Source of the DNA: Flavobacteriaceae bacterium
GTDB taxonomy: Bacteria > Bacteroidota > Bacteroidia > Flavobacteriales > Flavobacteriaceae
NCBI GenBank assembly: GCA_963669405.2
Contig: CAXXHF010000001.1
Coordinates: 194,493-258,492 of the forward strand
Length of the DNA stretch: 64,000 nt
Direction of reading: 5' to 3'
The notes beneath the pieces are model-generated. The model saw nothing but the letters and a program-made list of their open reading frames with translations, searched no databases and was not told the DNA's origin. Position numbers and translations under genes: made by a program. Positions 38,499-49,061 of the stretch are shown here, one piece after another (the stretch's first letter is position 1; each line of letters begins with the position of its first letter).

Positions 38499-38634
38499 AG
38501 AAATAAAACTTATTTTCCCAATGTCTTCCTTATGCTAGAAAATAAATCTGTAGCAATAGCTACTGGTATTCCTTCTGGTTCAAAGTTATAAAAATATTGG
38601 GAATTCTTAACTATTCAACCTGCAAATTGATTAA

Positions 38635-38769
38635 TTACAAATCCATATGATCCTGAGAATCCTTGTAATTCTTAGCTATTATGTAGATAAGCCAACACAA
38701 AACAGGAATGGCTGCAGAGAGTATCATCATTCCAATAGTGGAACCAAAAAAATCTGCAAGCTCTTCCAT
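38635..38769 (-). CDS. Small single-TM protein, 44 aa (not in the ORF track)
   Basis: MEELADFFGSTIGMMILSAAIPVLCWLIYIIAKNYKDSQDHMDL*. Confidence 0.6.
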   Translation of the reverse strand: MEELADFFGSTIGMMILSAAIPVLCWLIYIIAKNYKDSQDHMDL

Positions 38770-38855
38770 CAGTGTACTTTACATATTTGTGGATCTTTAG
38801 CCCAATGTAGAATTAATAATCGGTTGCAAAGAGGGATTATAACCAGATATGTAGA

Positions 38856-39305
38856 TTAGCTCTGTAAAGTAACCTTTACTGCATTCATCCCTTTTAATCC
38901 TTTTTCCAACTCGAAAGTTACCTTGTCATTTTCATTGATTTTATCTACCAAACCACTGATGTGACAAAAATACTTTTCTTCTGTTTCGTCATCAATGATA
39001 AAGCCAAAACCTTTAGAATGATCAAAGTAAGAGACTTTTCCCTTGCGGGTAAAATCTACTTCTACTTTCTCTTTTTTAGGAATTCCCAGCTCAATGGTAG
39101 ATGCATCAATCTCCTCTTTTTCTGTAGGTTCTTGCGGAGTATCGGTTAAATTACCATGTTGGTCTACGTATGCAAAGGGTATGCCCCCACTGCTTTCTTT
39201 GGCTTCTGCCCTACGTGACTCTTTCTTTTTTTGCTTTTCTTCCCGCTTTTTTAGTTTTTTCTTCTCTTTTTCGCGTTTATTGAATGTTTGTTGTGATTTT
39301 GCCAT
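38856..39305 (-). CDS. Cold-shock domain protein with a basic N-terminal extension
   Basis: KGFGFI and FCHISG in the C-terminal half; Lys/Glu-rich N-terminus. Confidence 0.9.
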   Translation of the reverse strand: MAKSQQTFNKREKEKKKLKKREEKQKKKESRRAEAKESSGGIPFAYVDQHGNLTDTPQEPTEKEEIDASTIELGIPKKEKVEVDFTRKGKVSYFDHSKGFGFIIDDETEEKYFCHISGLVDKINENDKVTFELEKGLKGMNAVKVTLQS

Positions 39306-39365
39306 GAAATTAAATATGGTCTCTAAGTTAGGGTTTATATTTTCAAATAAAATACTATATACAAT

Positions 39366-39395
39366 AAAAAAGCCTATCTAAAAAAGATAGGCTTT
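39366..39395. terminator. Intrinsic terminator
   Basis: AAAGCCTATCT...AGATAGGCTTT. Confidence 0.75.
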
Positions 39396-39416
39396 GAATT
39401 CTTAGGATTTATATTT

Positions 39417-39608
39417 TTAGATGACTCTTACGTTCACTGCATTTAATCCTTTTTTACCTTGTTCTAAATCAAACTCAACTTGGTCACCTTCGCGAATTTC
39501 GTCAATTAATCCAGAAACATGTACAAAGTGTTCTTTTTCAACTCCTTCTTCATTGATAAAACCAAAACCTTTAGTGTCGTTGAAGAATTTTACTGTTCCT
39601 TTACTCAT
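39417..39608 (-). CDS. Cold-shock protein
   Basis: RNP motifs; paralog of 27694-27885. Confidence 0.95.
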   Translation of the reverse strand: MSKGTVKFFNDTKGFGFINEEGVEKEHFVHVSGLIDEIREGDQVEFDLEQGKKGLNAVNVRVI

Positions 39609-39884
39609 TTTAATTGTATTATATATGTTTTTAATTGCTGCAAAGGTGGGGCTAATAATTTTATATTCAATGATTTATTTCAGAATTTTACGCTAAAAGG
39701 GTTGTCACTTGTACATAATCAACTCATTTTGAACATTTAAATTTTCACGAATTCCTTTATTGTACTCCTTTGCTACTACAGATTTTTATAATTATTCACG
39801 TATTAAAATAGCCCGCAACCATTTAGATTACGGGCTTATAGTTTGTAGCATTTCATGCCATTTTACAAACTTTCTATCCGTTAT

Positions 39885-42146
39885 TTACGGTTCTAAGGCA
39901 AATGCTGCACTTTTATGAGCATCTCGTGCTACACGCTTCCAACCATTGGTAGCCATTGTATAAACATGCAGGTTTTGCCCAAAAGCAGCTTTTCCTTGTC
40001 CATTATCATAACATTCACCCAATAATTGAGATGGTGTAAAGTGTTTGCTATAAATACCGCCACTCAACAAATAACCAGAAGCACTGTCTATGACCATTCC
40101 ATGAGCATTGGCATTACTTACACCTCCACAGGTGCCTTTTACTACACTAAAGCTAAACACCGCAAAATCATTGGGTTGTGTAGCCTCAAAAGTAATCTCA
40201 AGATCTGCCTCTACGCCATCAGGTTTGTAGTTTACAAAACCACAGCAATCCAAAGATGCTGGAGAACCGTTTACATTTACCGTGAAAATATCTGCATCAC
40301 AGCTTTCATTGTCAAATCGCATGAGCATATTAAAAGCATCTGCAGTTGCTGGTGTTGGATCTTCCAATAGAATATCAGGTGCATTTACACTTAAACTAGC
40401 GTTGTCATGCTTAGGTATCTTGAAGATATTTTTAGGAATATTACTTAACAAGTTCCCAGCTTGATCAAACAGCTCTAATTTAAACTCATACAACCCATTA
40501 CCCCCTGGAAAGGCAGTAGAGTCAAAACTCATGGTATTCATGTTGTATGTCTGTTCGTGCCAAAGCGGGTTGTTTTCAGGTACGTTAAATGGTGCCATTG
40601 TAGGCTGTTGTGGCGGGATGATATACAAATCATCATTACCTCCCACACTAAATGGCCCTAATTTCACACTATTGGCACCAATTTGAGTATCGTTATTGGA
40701 GTCTTGATATTCAAAATCGTATCCTTTGTTCATAACGCTACCAGAGGATGGTACTACAGGTTTGTATGAATCACCTACTGGTGTTAGATCTGCATTCGCT
40801 CGTTTGCGATAGCTCCATCGATAATAATAAATTCCATTATTAGGTAGATCACTACCAAAGCCCATATAAAATGATGGGGTTCCACCAAAGGGTCGTTTGT
40901 AATCATCTACTGTAGTTGTCATTGGCCATACATCTCCATTGGCAGAGGCATCTGTTAACCCAATACGATCATACGGTACTGTTTGTCCTGGGGGTGCTTG
41001 TAGCATACTCGTTTGCTTTATATGTGATACGCTGGTATGCTTGCTAATGGTTCTTACAAATACCAATTCTCCTCCAATTCCACAGTTGCAACAGCAATCT
41101 CCTGGAACAAGTGGATTGGTAATTTGGATATTGATATCACTACCACACTGATAGTTCCAATGGGTATAACATGGAATTGGCGGCTTGTACACAGTGGTCC
41201 ATTCACCATTGATGAAATATTCTACCCAAATATAGATGTCGGGCTTGTCTCCAAAACAGTTATATGTAATTGTGGTGTCAAACCTACCATTGGCATTGGT
41301 TTTTACTACGGCCAATTCTCTACAACGGTAAAAATAAGGCCACCACCAAGGCCAAAAGCAGAACCAAGGATGAAATATGGTGTAGTTGTTAACAATGGTT
41401 TCCCGAATGGTATTGAGGTTTCCGGTAGCCAAGTTTTGTTTTATCTCGGCACTTAGTTCTGGGAGTTTGGCTGATATCTGTGCTCTTTTTTCTTGTACCG
41501 AAATGGTATCGAACAGATTCTCCGTAGGTGGTTGTGCTTGAAGTGGTAATGCCGCACGTTCAAATTGTGGGGGATTTGGAAAGGGTTCCGGTATTCTTGG
41601 TAACCTTTCAGGTTTTAAAATGGCTTCGGGAACTTTTGCAATGATGTGATCCGGGATTTTCTGAATCCAATAGAATATGGAATCTACTTCGCAAATATGC
41701 ACCCTTGCGTTGCATACTGCCTTATTTTCCCAAACATTGCCCCCATTAAACCATTTTGACAATTTACCTTTTACACGACACTTACAAAAGATCCAGTATT
41801 GTGAAAGGTATTTTGGAATAGGTTCTACGGCTACTTCTCCTTCAATAAGGGATGTCATGATAGGTTCATAGGCTTTATAGCTTTCTATTTCTTCAAGATT
41901 AGTCACTGCTAGAATTCGTTTATCGGTAGCAGGTGCCACGAAGAGTCGTAGTTGGTCTAAACGGTATTCACGTTGGCCTTGTTTTAGATCAAAGACAAGT
42001 TCGAGATCATCGGCTAGTTGACGCTGTAACAATCTCCCTCTACAATCAAAAAGAAACCCAACAAGGGCTATTTCTGCTTGTGGATGCTGTTCATAACACA
42101 GCTGAACTTTGAATCGCAAATGGTGATTCTTAGATTTTTTTTCCAT
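39885..42146 (-). CDS. Large hypothetical protein (753 aa), Cys/Trp-rich
   Basis: Long ATG ORF, no signal peptide seen. Confidence 0.85.
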   Translation of the reverse strand: MEKKSKNHHLRFKVQLCYEQHPQAEIALVGFLFDCRGRLLQRQLADDLELVFDLKQGQREYRLDQLRLFVAPATDKRILAVTNLEEIESYKAYEPIMTSLIEGEVAVEPIPKYLSQYWIFCKCRVKGKLSKWFNGGNVWENKAVCNARVHICEVDSIFYWIQKIPDHIIAKVPEAILKPERLPRIPEPFPNPPQFERAALPLQAQPPTENLFDTISVQEKRAQISAKLPELSAEIKQNLATGNLNTIRETIVNNYTIFHPWFCFWPWWWPYFYRCRELAVVKTNANGRFDTTITYNCFGDKPDIYIWVEYFINGEWTTVYKPPIPCYTHWNYQCGSDINIQITNPLVPGDCCCNCGIGGELVFVRTISKHTSVSHIKQTSMLQAPPGQTVPYDRIGLTDASANGDVWPMTTTVDDYKRPFGGTPSFYMGFGSDLPNNGIYYYRWSYRKRANADLTPVGDSYKPVVPSSGSVMNKGYDFEYQDSNNDTQIGANSVKLGPFSVGGNDDLYIIPPQQPTMAPFNVPENNPLWHEQTYNMNTMSFDSTAFPGGNGLYEFKLELFDQAGNLLSNIPKNIFKIPKHDNASLSVNAPDILLEDPTPATADAFNMLMRFDNESCDADIFTVNVNGSPASLDCCGFVNYKPDGVEADLEITFEATQPNDFAVFSFSVVKGTCGGVSNANAHGMVIDSASGYLLSGGIYSKHFTPSQLLGECYDNGQGKAAFGQNLHVYTMATNGWKRVARDAHKSAAFALEP

Positions 42147-42678
42147 GATTATATATTTTAGATTTATTGCCTACTCTATTCTCCAAAATGGATTTTCAGC
42201 TTACTCCACGATATCATTTCCACCTAATTGAATAGAAACATTACGCTCATCTAGTTATGAATTGCGTAGTGTTATCATCACAACAACAGACTGCACTATT
42301 TTTAGGGTTTTCAATAAATTGCAGATAAGGAGATGGCTAGTAGATTCTTACTCCTATCTTTTTTAAATCGTCTCATGACGCTTTTAAAGCTCTCTTTTAC
42401 ACTAATAGTAAGCACAATTATGCAGAAGTGTAATTTGAACAATACAATATTAAGTAATTGATTTACAGGTATTAACAAGTATTATCCTGTTTTTAGATTG
42501 GGAAAATCACCTTTTTTTAAGGAGAGAATACATGTTAATATAGTTATGTATTATGAAGTTTCTTTTCAGTTATTTCCTGTCTAGGGTAATATTCATTACA
42601 GAAGTAGTACTATATGCTATAAAAAAACGGGCAATCTTATAAAGATATACCCGCTTTTAAATACCAAAATATAGTTAA

Positions 42679-43779
42679 CTATTTGATTTCAATCCCATTG
42701 AGATCTTCAAATTTACCGGTTATTAACCAACCTCCAAAGCTTTCTGAAACTGCCATTAAAAGCGTGTTTTTACCTTTCTTAAGGTTTAAGTAAATACCAT
42801 CAAACAATCCTATAGTGCCTAAATATCTATAATCCCTTGTTCTCCAGCCGTTATTTCCTTTATAAATAGCTTCCCCGTTTAAAACAGCCACTACCCTATC
42901 ACTATATCCAAAATGAAACAACTTTATTTGGTCTTTTTCTGAATGGATTTCAATCTTGGCAAATACCGTTTCTCCTGGGTTTTCATTCCGTAACATTTGT
43001 ACTCTTGATATGTTGGCGGCTTTGCCTTCCTCTAATTGAATTTTTCTTCCCCATTTTCGGTTTTTAATGACTGATGAAATTTTAGTTGGATCTGCCAATA
43101 GTTTTTCTTCAAACTTATCAGACACCTCCCATTCCTTTACTAAGCCGTCAATAGGTTTGTTTTTAATGGGCTTAAAATCAATTAAATCATGGGCATCTTT
43201 ATCTATCTTAATATCAGCTATATGGAGGGCTTCTCTATTACCACCCCTAAAACTGATTGTTCCTTTTTCATTGGGTAAAAATAGATTCCAAGATAAATGT
43301 GGAGTTTCTGCATTATCCAAAAACACTTGTGCTTTATCATCCTTTACAACCAGTTTTACATGTGTCCAACCATTGTAGTTGTATGTATAGGGGAACGAAT
43401 ATTTCGTACCAAAAAGCAATTGCCAAGGAGTGACTCCGTTAATGCTTGCAGCTGCTTGATTGGCATCTGGTTTTCCTGATAAATGAGGGCGTATATACCA
43501 TTGTTCTGCACTGTTACCTCGGGACCTAAAATAAAGTCCTGGGAAGCCTTGGGTTTCTTTTAAGTAAAGGTCAAACTCTATGGTGCCATTTAAAAAGAGA
43601 GAGTCTTTCAATGTCATGGAACCAGTTTGGAGGTATATGGCATCTTTACCTTTGTAATTTTCCAGAACATAAGATCTGGCATTGATTTCCCAATGAGTAG
43701 TGTCTATAGGGATGCTACGCTGTGACCAAATATTGTTCGAAACAAATAGCGCAATGATGAGTACCGTTAAATTTTTCAT
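42679..43779 (-). CDS. Secreted beta-sandwich (lectin-like) hypothetical protein
   Basis: Signal peptide; NGTIEFDL...GLYFR; LNLKKGKNTLL. Confidence 0.8.
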   Translation of the reverse strand: MKNLTVLIIALFVSNNIWSQRSIPIDTTHWEINARSYVLENYKGKDAIYLQTGSMTLKDSLFLNGTIEFDLYLKETQGFPGLYFRSRGNSAEQWYIRPHLSGKPDANQAAASINGVTPWQLLFGTKYSFPYTYNYNGWTHVKLVVKDDKAQVFLDNAETPHLSWNLFLPNEKGTISFRGGNREALHIADIKIDKDAHDLIDFKPIKNKPIDGLVKEWEVSDKFEEKLLADPTKISSVIKNRKWGRKIQLEEGKAANISRVQMLRNENPGETVFAKIEIHSEKDQIKLFHFGYSDRVVAVLNGEAIYKGNNGWRTRDYRYLGTIGLFDGIYLNLKKGKNTLLMAVSESFGGWLITGKFEDLNGIEIK

Positions 43780-43900
43780 TTATCCTTAATTTTTAATTTG
43801 TAGAAAGGTCATAAAATGTCTTGGCAACAACGAATCAAGTTCGTTCAAAACGATTCAATGTTGTGCAGATCGTTTTTTTTAAGGACTTTTATAATTAATT

Positions 43901-45139
43901 ATGAGTTCCTACCCAGAACATAGATTAGTGAAAGCATGTTTACTTCAAATTGAAGAAAAACTGGGCTGGGGCAATTCTGCGCAATGGCATAATGATGTAT
44001 TTATTGAGTTAAGTGAAATCATTCAGAAGGAAACAAAAACACTATTAAGTACTACTACACTTAAGCGTGTTTGGGGAAAAGTAAATTACACCAATGCTCC
44101 AAGCATCAGCACTTTGAATACCTTATCTCAATTTGCAGGTTATACCAATTGGCGTGATTTTAAAAATAAGGCAAGTGTAAAAAAACCCTCTTGGATTGAA
44201 AGAAAAATAAATCCAAATCTTAGAATTATCATTCCTGCTGCTGCATTCCTAACTTTAATATTCATATCCCTATTTTCAATGATAGGCATCAACAATATTT
44301 CAACAAGTAATGATTTATCGAACGTTGAATTTAGCTGCCATACAATCACAGAGGATATTCCAAACTCGGTAGTATTCGATTTTAATTTGAATGAAATTGT
44401 ATCTGATAGTATCTACATTCAACAGTTTTGGGATAGAACAAAGACCATTAAAATAAATGCCGAACAAAAACAAGCCACAGGGATTTATTACTACCCTGGT
44501 TATTTTAGGGCTAAGCTTTTGGTGGATGGAACTATCATTAAAGAAAACGATCTTTTTATAAAATCCAATGGTTGGTTGGCTACTATAGATTATGAACCTA
44601 TCCCAAAATACCTGAAGAGTATTGATGAGTTATCGTTACCGCTTCATATGGTAAATGAAATTAAGGACGCAAAGCAGCCACTAACATCTACTTTTCACTA
44701 TATCGATGATTTCGAGGAAGTTTCAGGGGATAACTTTCGGCTACAAACAAACTTAGCAAATGTGTATAATGATAAATGGGCTGTTTGTCAAAATGCAACC
44801 ATTATCATTGTTGGAACCAAAAGTGTGCATATGATTCCATTTGCCATTTCTGGTTGTGCATCTAATATGGGAATTATGATGAGTGATGTTTACTTAAGTG
44901 GAAAAAAACATGATTTATCATCATTGGCAGTAGATATATCCAAGCCTACGGATATCAAAATTGAGGTGATCGATAAACGTGTTACCATATTTGCCAATGA
45001 CAAAAAACTCTTTTCTAGTACCTATAATGTATCTATTGGTAACATTGTTGGGTTACGTTACCGTTTTCTAGGCGCAGGCGCAGTAAACCAAATTATGCTT
45101 TCAGATCTTTCTGGAAGCAAAACTATTATCACAAACTGA
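43901..45139 (+). CDS. Putative membrane-anchored regulator (N-terminal HTH-like, one TM, periplasmic beta domain)
   Basis: LSTTTLKRVWG...TLNTLSQFAGY, then a hydrophobic helix. Confidence 0.65.
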   Translation: MSSYPEHRLVKACLLQIEEKLGWGNSAQWHNDVFIELSEIIQKETKTLLSTTTLKRVWGKVNYTNAPSISTLNTLSQFAGYTNWRDFKNKASVKKPSWIERKINPNLRIIIPAAAFLTLIFISLFSMIGINNISTSNDLSNVEFSCHTITEDIPNSVVFDFNLNEIVSDSIYIQQFWDRTKTIKINAEQKQATGIYYYPGYFRAKLLVDGTIIKENDLFIKSNGWLATIDYEPIPKYLKSIDELSLPLHMVNEIKDAKQPLTSTFHYIDDFEEVSGDNFRLQTNLANVYNDKWAVCQNATIIIVGTKSVHMIPFAISGCASNMGIMMSDVYLSGKKHDLSSLAVDISKPTDIKIEVIDKRVTIFANDKKLFSSTYNVSIGNIVGLRYRFLGAGAVNQIMLSDLSGSKTIITN

Positions 45140-45926
45140 CAGGCTCTAATATCTCTATCTCATCGCCCAGTTTGATTATTTTCCCCTGCTGATTTTCTGG
45201 TAAAAAAGTGTTAACTGTGAGGTGATACATACCTCCAAAGTTTGGAAGCGCACTGTCTGTTGGTAAGCTGTCAGACCTGCTTTTCATCATTTTTCTTGTA
45301 AATTTTCGATCGGTCTCTCCTGTTAATGGATTTCTGGGTGGTACATTACAACGTGCCCTTGGACTTATACCAATCATCTCTACATTGCCAATTAAGAAAC
45401 GAACCCCCATCTCTGGGTTTTTAACTAGGTTTTCTTCCCAATATGCATCTACGCCACCAATTTCTAGATTTGCCCGAAATCGTAATCGAATATCCTCTAG
45501 GTCATGACCTTTAATATCATGGTGAAGCGATTCTAGAGAAGCCTGACTTACAACCGTGATACTACTTGCTTTAGGAATGTCCAGTAATTCCCCCTGGGTG
45601 TTACGCAATAATGTAAGAGGTATTTCAAAAAAGTCCTGCAAATAACGTATCAAGTCCTGATTGGTTTCACTAAGTTGAAACGTCTGCTTATGTTCATTAT
45701 CCCTATGAGACAAGGTGATGAGTCTCTCTGGCAAATTATAGGTTGCCTTTAGTTGATTTACACGCCCGGTTCGTTTTCCATTTACAAATCGACCATCATC
45801 TGCCAGCATGGCAAATTCTCTATCGAACTTTAAGGAATGTAATCCTATTTCAACTTCCTCAAGTTCCACAGGATCTAGTGATTTTACGGGATAAATACGT
45901 ATTTTCGAGATATAGGGTTTCTTCAT
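45129..45926 (-). CDS. MOSC domain protein
   Basis: IYPVKS, DREFAM, RFRANL, PRARC. Confidence 0.9.
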   Translation of the reverse strand: MKKPYISKIRIYPVKSLDPVELEEVEIGLHSLKFDREFAMLADDGRFVNGKRTGRVNQLKATYNLPERLITLSHRDNEHKQTFQLSETNQDLIRYLQDFFEIPLTLLRNTQGELLDIPKASSITVVSQASLESLHHDIKGHDLEDIRLRFRANLEIGGVDAYWEENLVKNPEMGVRFLIGNVEMIGISPRARCNVPPRNPLTGETDRKFTRKMMKSRSDSLPTDSALPNFGGMYHLTVNTFLPENQQGKIIKLGDEIEILEPVSL

Positions 45927-45932
45927 AGGGTA

Positions 45933-46343
45933 CTATAATCTTCTATCTGCTTCGGTTATAGGTAAATCGTTAATACTGGCATAGCGCTTTTTCATAAGGC
46001 CATTTTCATCAAATTCCCAGTTTTCGTTGCCATAAGCTCTAAACCACTCTCCTTTTTCATTGTGATATTCATATTCAAAACGAACGGCTATTTTATTACC
46101 GCGATATGTCCAAAGTTCTTTTTTTAATTTATAGTCTAGTTCGTTATCCCATTTATTTTTCAAAAAGTTCTGAACTTCCTCACGTCCATTGATAAAGTCA
46201 ATACGGTTTCTCCATTCGGTATCTAAACTATAAGCCATGGATACCTTTATGGGATCTTTACTGTTCCAGGCATCTTCTGCCATTTGTACTTTCTGTTTGG
46301 CTGTTTCTTCATTAAATGGTGGTAACGGGTGTTTCTTTTCCAT
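45933..46343 (-). CDS. DUF1348 / NTF2-like protein
   Basis: PLPPF...AEDAWNS...WRNR...KELW...[14 protein letters not shown]. Confidence 0.9.
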   Translation of the reverse strand: MEKKHPLPPFNEETAKQKVQMAEDAWNSKDPIKVSMAYSLDTEWRNRIDFINGREEVQNFLKNKWDNELDYKLKKELWTYRGNKIAVRFEYEYHNEKGEWFRAYGNENWEFDENGLMKKRYASINDLPITEADRRL

Positions 46344-46371
46344 GCAATTTGTAATTTAATTTGTGATGGTA

Positions 46372-46905
46372 CTACTCAAAGTATAACCTAGGTTCTATCT
46401 TTCTTGGTAGTGAATTGTCTATTAAATGTGTTTGTGAACGATGCCTATATACTTCCTCAACCACAGCGTCAAAATCTGTTTCTAGATCTTTCCAAAGAAG
46501 TTTTCGTGCATATCCTGATTTTAAATTTGCTTCAAGCCTTGCCGGAACAGAATGACTATTTACCGGAAGATATAATGCAATAAGTCCTTTTGGATTAAAA
46601 CGCCTATTGGACTGATTTTTAATTTGAATTGTCCGTAATGAATACCAAATTTCCCAATCAACCCATTTGCTTAGACCAGTTTCTTCACCCACTAAAACGA
46701 TTGTGATCGACGTACTCCATAGCCTATACTGAATTTTACGTGAAATCTTGTATTTGGAAGCCTTTGCTAAATCTTGTTCTTTGAAACCATAATCTGAAAA
46801 TGTATGATTGTCAAATTTCTCTCTTAAGGTTTTCAAGTGCTTTGAATCCTGCAAGTGTTGGTAACTAAAAAAATAATTGCGTTTTGCCATTTTGAAAAAA
46901 TGCAA
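46372..46905 (-). CDS. TIR domain protein (Thoeris ThsB / DUF1863-like)
   Basis: YFFSYQH, SITIVLVGEET, SKWVDWEI with catalytic Glu. Confidence 0.85.
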   Translation of the reverse strand: MHFFKMAKRNYFFSYQHLQDSKHLKTLREKFDNHTFSDYGFKEQDLAKASKYKISRKIQYRLWSTSITIVLVGEETGLSKWVDWEIWYSLRTIQIKNQSNRRFNPKGLIALYLPVNSHSVPARLEANLKSGYARKLLWKDLETDFDAVVEEVYRHRSQTHLIDNSLPRKIEPRLYFE

Positions 46906-46931
46906 GTATGAAACTTCTATTTTCTATATCT

Positions 46932-48167
46932 TCAATCCAGTACAATTTTAGCTTTTATATTGGCCATTTTGGCGGCTTGGCTTTCGTAAGAATCTATAGC
47001 AAAATCTCCTTCTACATATTCTTTTGCTTTGTCTACATATTCTGCTGCTTTTGCGGTATCTTCCAAACCATTATAGGCTTCTGCCATGGTAAGTAATACC
47101 CATTCTTTATCCCCTCTTTTTTCAAATTCTGGAGAATTAACAATGGTGCTCCATTTGTTGGCAATTTCTTGCCAAATCTTTCGGGCTTGTCCATAATTGG
47201 CATAAATATCAAATTTAGCATCAGCTTGTTTCGCCCTGGATAAATAAATGAATGCCGTATTGATCCCATTATAATAATCCTGCTTCACATAATACCCACG
47301 TTCGTAAAAATGAAGGGAAGCATCTAAATGTTCTTTGTCTTGTTCTTGCTCGTACAAACGCTTGTAGATTGCACCCAACAGCCCTAATGTTTCCGGATCT
47401 GTGGTTTCCTTTGGTTTTAGAGCTTCCAACACCGTAAGGGCCTCATTTAAAGCTGCTACTTCGTTAGGCAATTTAGACTTGTAAATGGTAAGAGCCAAAC
47501 GCTGAAGTATGAAACTATCGTTGGGCTTGGTTTTCAATGCTTGTTCCAACAAAGCTTTGGCAACAGCATATTCTTTGTTGTTCTTTTTTTCTTCTGCCAA
47601 TTCTACCAAATCTGCAGTAGAACTAAACCGCTCTATGTTCTCCTGAATGTCTTCAATCTCTTCATCAGAAAATGAAGGAGGTGTAAGTTTGGTTAAAAAA
47701 GTATAGACAGGGCTATCCACTTTTGGTTCATCCATTAAGGTCTGAACCAGTTTTTTTAAGTGCTTCTGAAAACGAACTACTTCGCTATACCCAATATCCG
47801 ACTCCAAATGCTCATAAAAATGGGTTGCTACATGATTTACATCAAAGGGGAGCTTCAGTTTGTTTTCAGCAATTACTATCGTAGTATTGGGACGCAGGGC
47901 GTGTCTAATTCCTAATTCATAGATAGCATTTGGATTTAGTGTAGAAATGTCTGCAACCACAAAATCCGCCTTGAAAATACTTTCATACATTTCTACATCA
48001 ATCACCCCAGATTGATCTAAATCACAGGAACGATAACACAGGATATCCAATTCATCGAATACAGGTTTAATGATATTTTCGAACGTTTTATCCAGATTAA
48101 TCCTACGTCCAGTTTCAAAATCGGTTTTTACACCAAATCCTATAATTACAAAACAGGTTTTTTTCAT
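46932..48167 (-). CDS. Deoxyribohydrolase/NDT-like domain + TPR sensor (DUF4071-like)
   Basis: CFVIIGFG...VVADISTLNPNAIYELGIRHAL; GLLGAIYKR...YNGINTAF. Confidence 0.82.
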   Translation of the reverse strand: MKKTCFVIIGFGVKTDFETGRRINLDKTFENIIKPVFDELDILCYRSCDLDQSGVIDVEMYESIFKADFVVADISTLNPNAIYELGIRHALRPNTTIVIAENKLKLPFDVNHVATHFYEHLESDIGYSEVVRFQKHLKKLVQTLMDEPKVDSPVYTFLTKLTPPSFSDEEIEDIQENIERFSSTADLVELAEEKKNNKEYAVAKALLEQALKTKPNDSFILQRLALTIYKSKLPNEVAALNEALTVLEALKPKETTDPETLGLLGAIYKRLYEQEQDKEHLDASLHFYERGYYVKQDYYNGINTAFIYLSRAKQADAKFDIYANYGQARKIWQEIANKWSTIVNSPEFEKRGDKEWVLLTMAEAYNGLEDTAKAAEYVDKAKEYVEGDFAIDSYESQAAKMANIKAKIVLD

Positions 48168-48301
48168 GACATTATTTTTATGAATGGGGATTTTCGTTTG
48201 TGATATAGCTTTAATCCTCGATAAATACTTTTATATCTTTATCTTGGTAAGTCTTCTTTTGAAGAATCTCCTTAAAATTAAAACATTAATCAGAATTATC
48301 C

Positions 48302-49054
48302 ATGTTCAACCGTGTTATTTCCGTACTAAAAAAACCAAATCATTACAGATGGTTAACTGCCAAAGGAATCTGTCATAAATTGGGGTTGCATGAAGATCGA
48401 TCTACCGAAATAGAACAGTTATTGATTCATTATTTTGATACTACTGAATCCCCGGAAATTCGATATTCATCACTTCCCAGCAAGTATAGTTTGGAAATAC
48501 TTTGGGGACACGTAGATAAAGTTGGCACACGTGATTTATTTGACCTCTTTAAAGAAGATGATGCGCTTCAAGCAGATTATCTTAAAGACATTGAGGACGA
48601 ACGTAATATGTTTTTATCCTATAGTTTTAAGGATACCGCTAATGTCTTGCAGTTTGCAAAACATATCATTCATAAAGGAATATATCCTTGGATTGCACAA
48701 GTGGATTTGTATAGAAATCAAGGTATTAACGAAGGTGTCATTGATGCTATTCGCAATTTGGACAATTATGGCATCTTTCTCTCTCAAAATACATTGAACT
48801 CAACTTGGTCTGCTAAGGAGTTTGAATTTGCCCTTACCAACAAGAAAAAAATGTATGCTTTTGTTCAAGAAAAAGATCAAGGAATTATTGATTTAATTGC
48901 AGGTGATTCACAAATACATGAACATATGAACATTCATGGCTTATTGGTTAAAATCTTTGACAACGGTCAATTATCTGAACAAATGGAATTCTATTCTATT
49001 TCTAAAAATGGTATGGATTTACAAAGAATAACAAGAGCTAATAGGGCTTTATAA
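48302..49054 (+). CDS. TIR_2 domain protein with an N-terminal extra domain
   Basis: MFLSYSFKD...IFLSQNTLNSTWSAKEF. Confidence 0.82.
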   Translation: MFNRVISVLKKPNHYRWLTAKGICHKLGLHEDRSTEIEQLLIHYFDTTESPEIRYSSLPSKYSLEILWGHVDKVGTRDLFDLFKEDDALQADYLKDIEDERNMFLSYSFKDTANVLQFAKHIIHKGIYPWIAQVDLYRNQGINEGVIDAIRNLDNYGIFLSQNTLNSTWSAKEFEFALTNKKKMYAFVQEKDQGIIDLIAGDSQIHEHMNIHGLLVKIFDNGQLSEQMEFYSISKNGMDLQRITRANRAL

Positions 49055-49061
49055 ATAACAA

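Noticed and set aside
27694-39608. Multiple cold-shock paralogs
   Set aside because: Common in this phylum; not unusual
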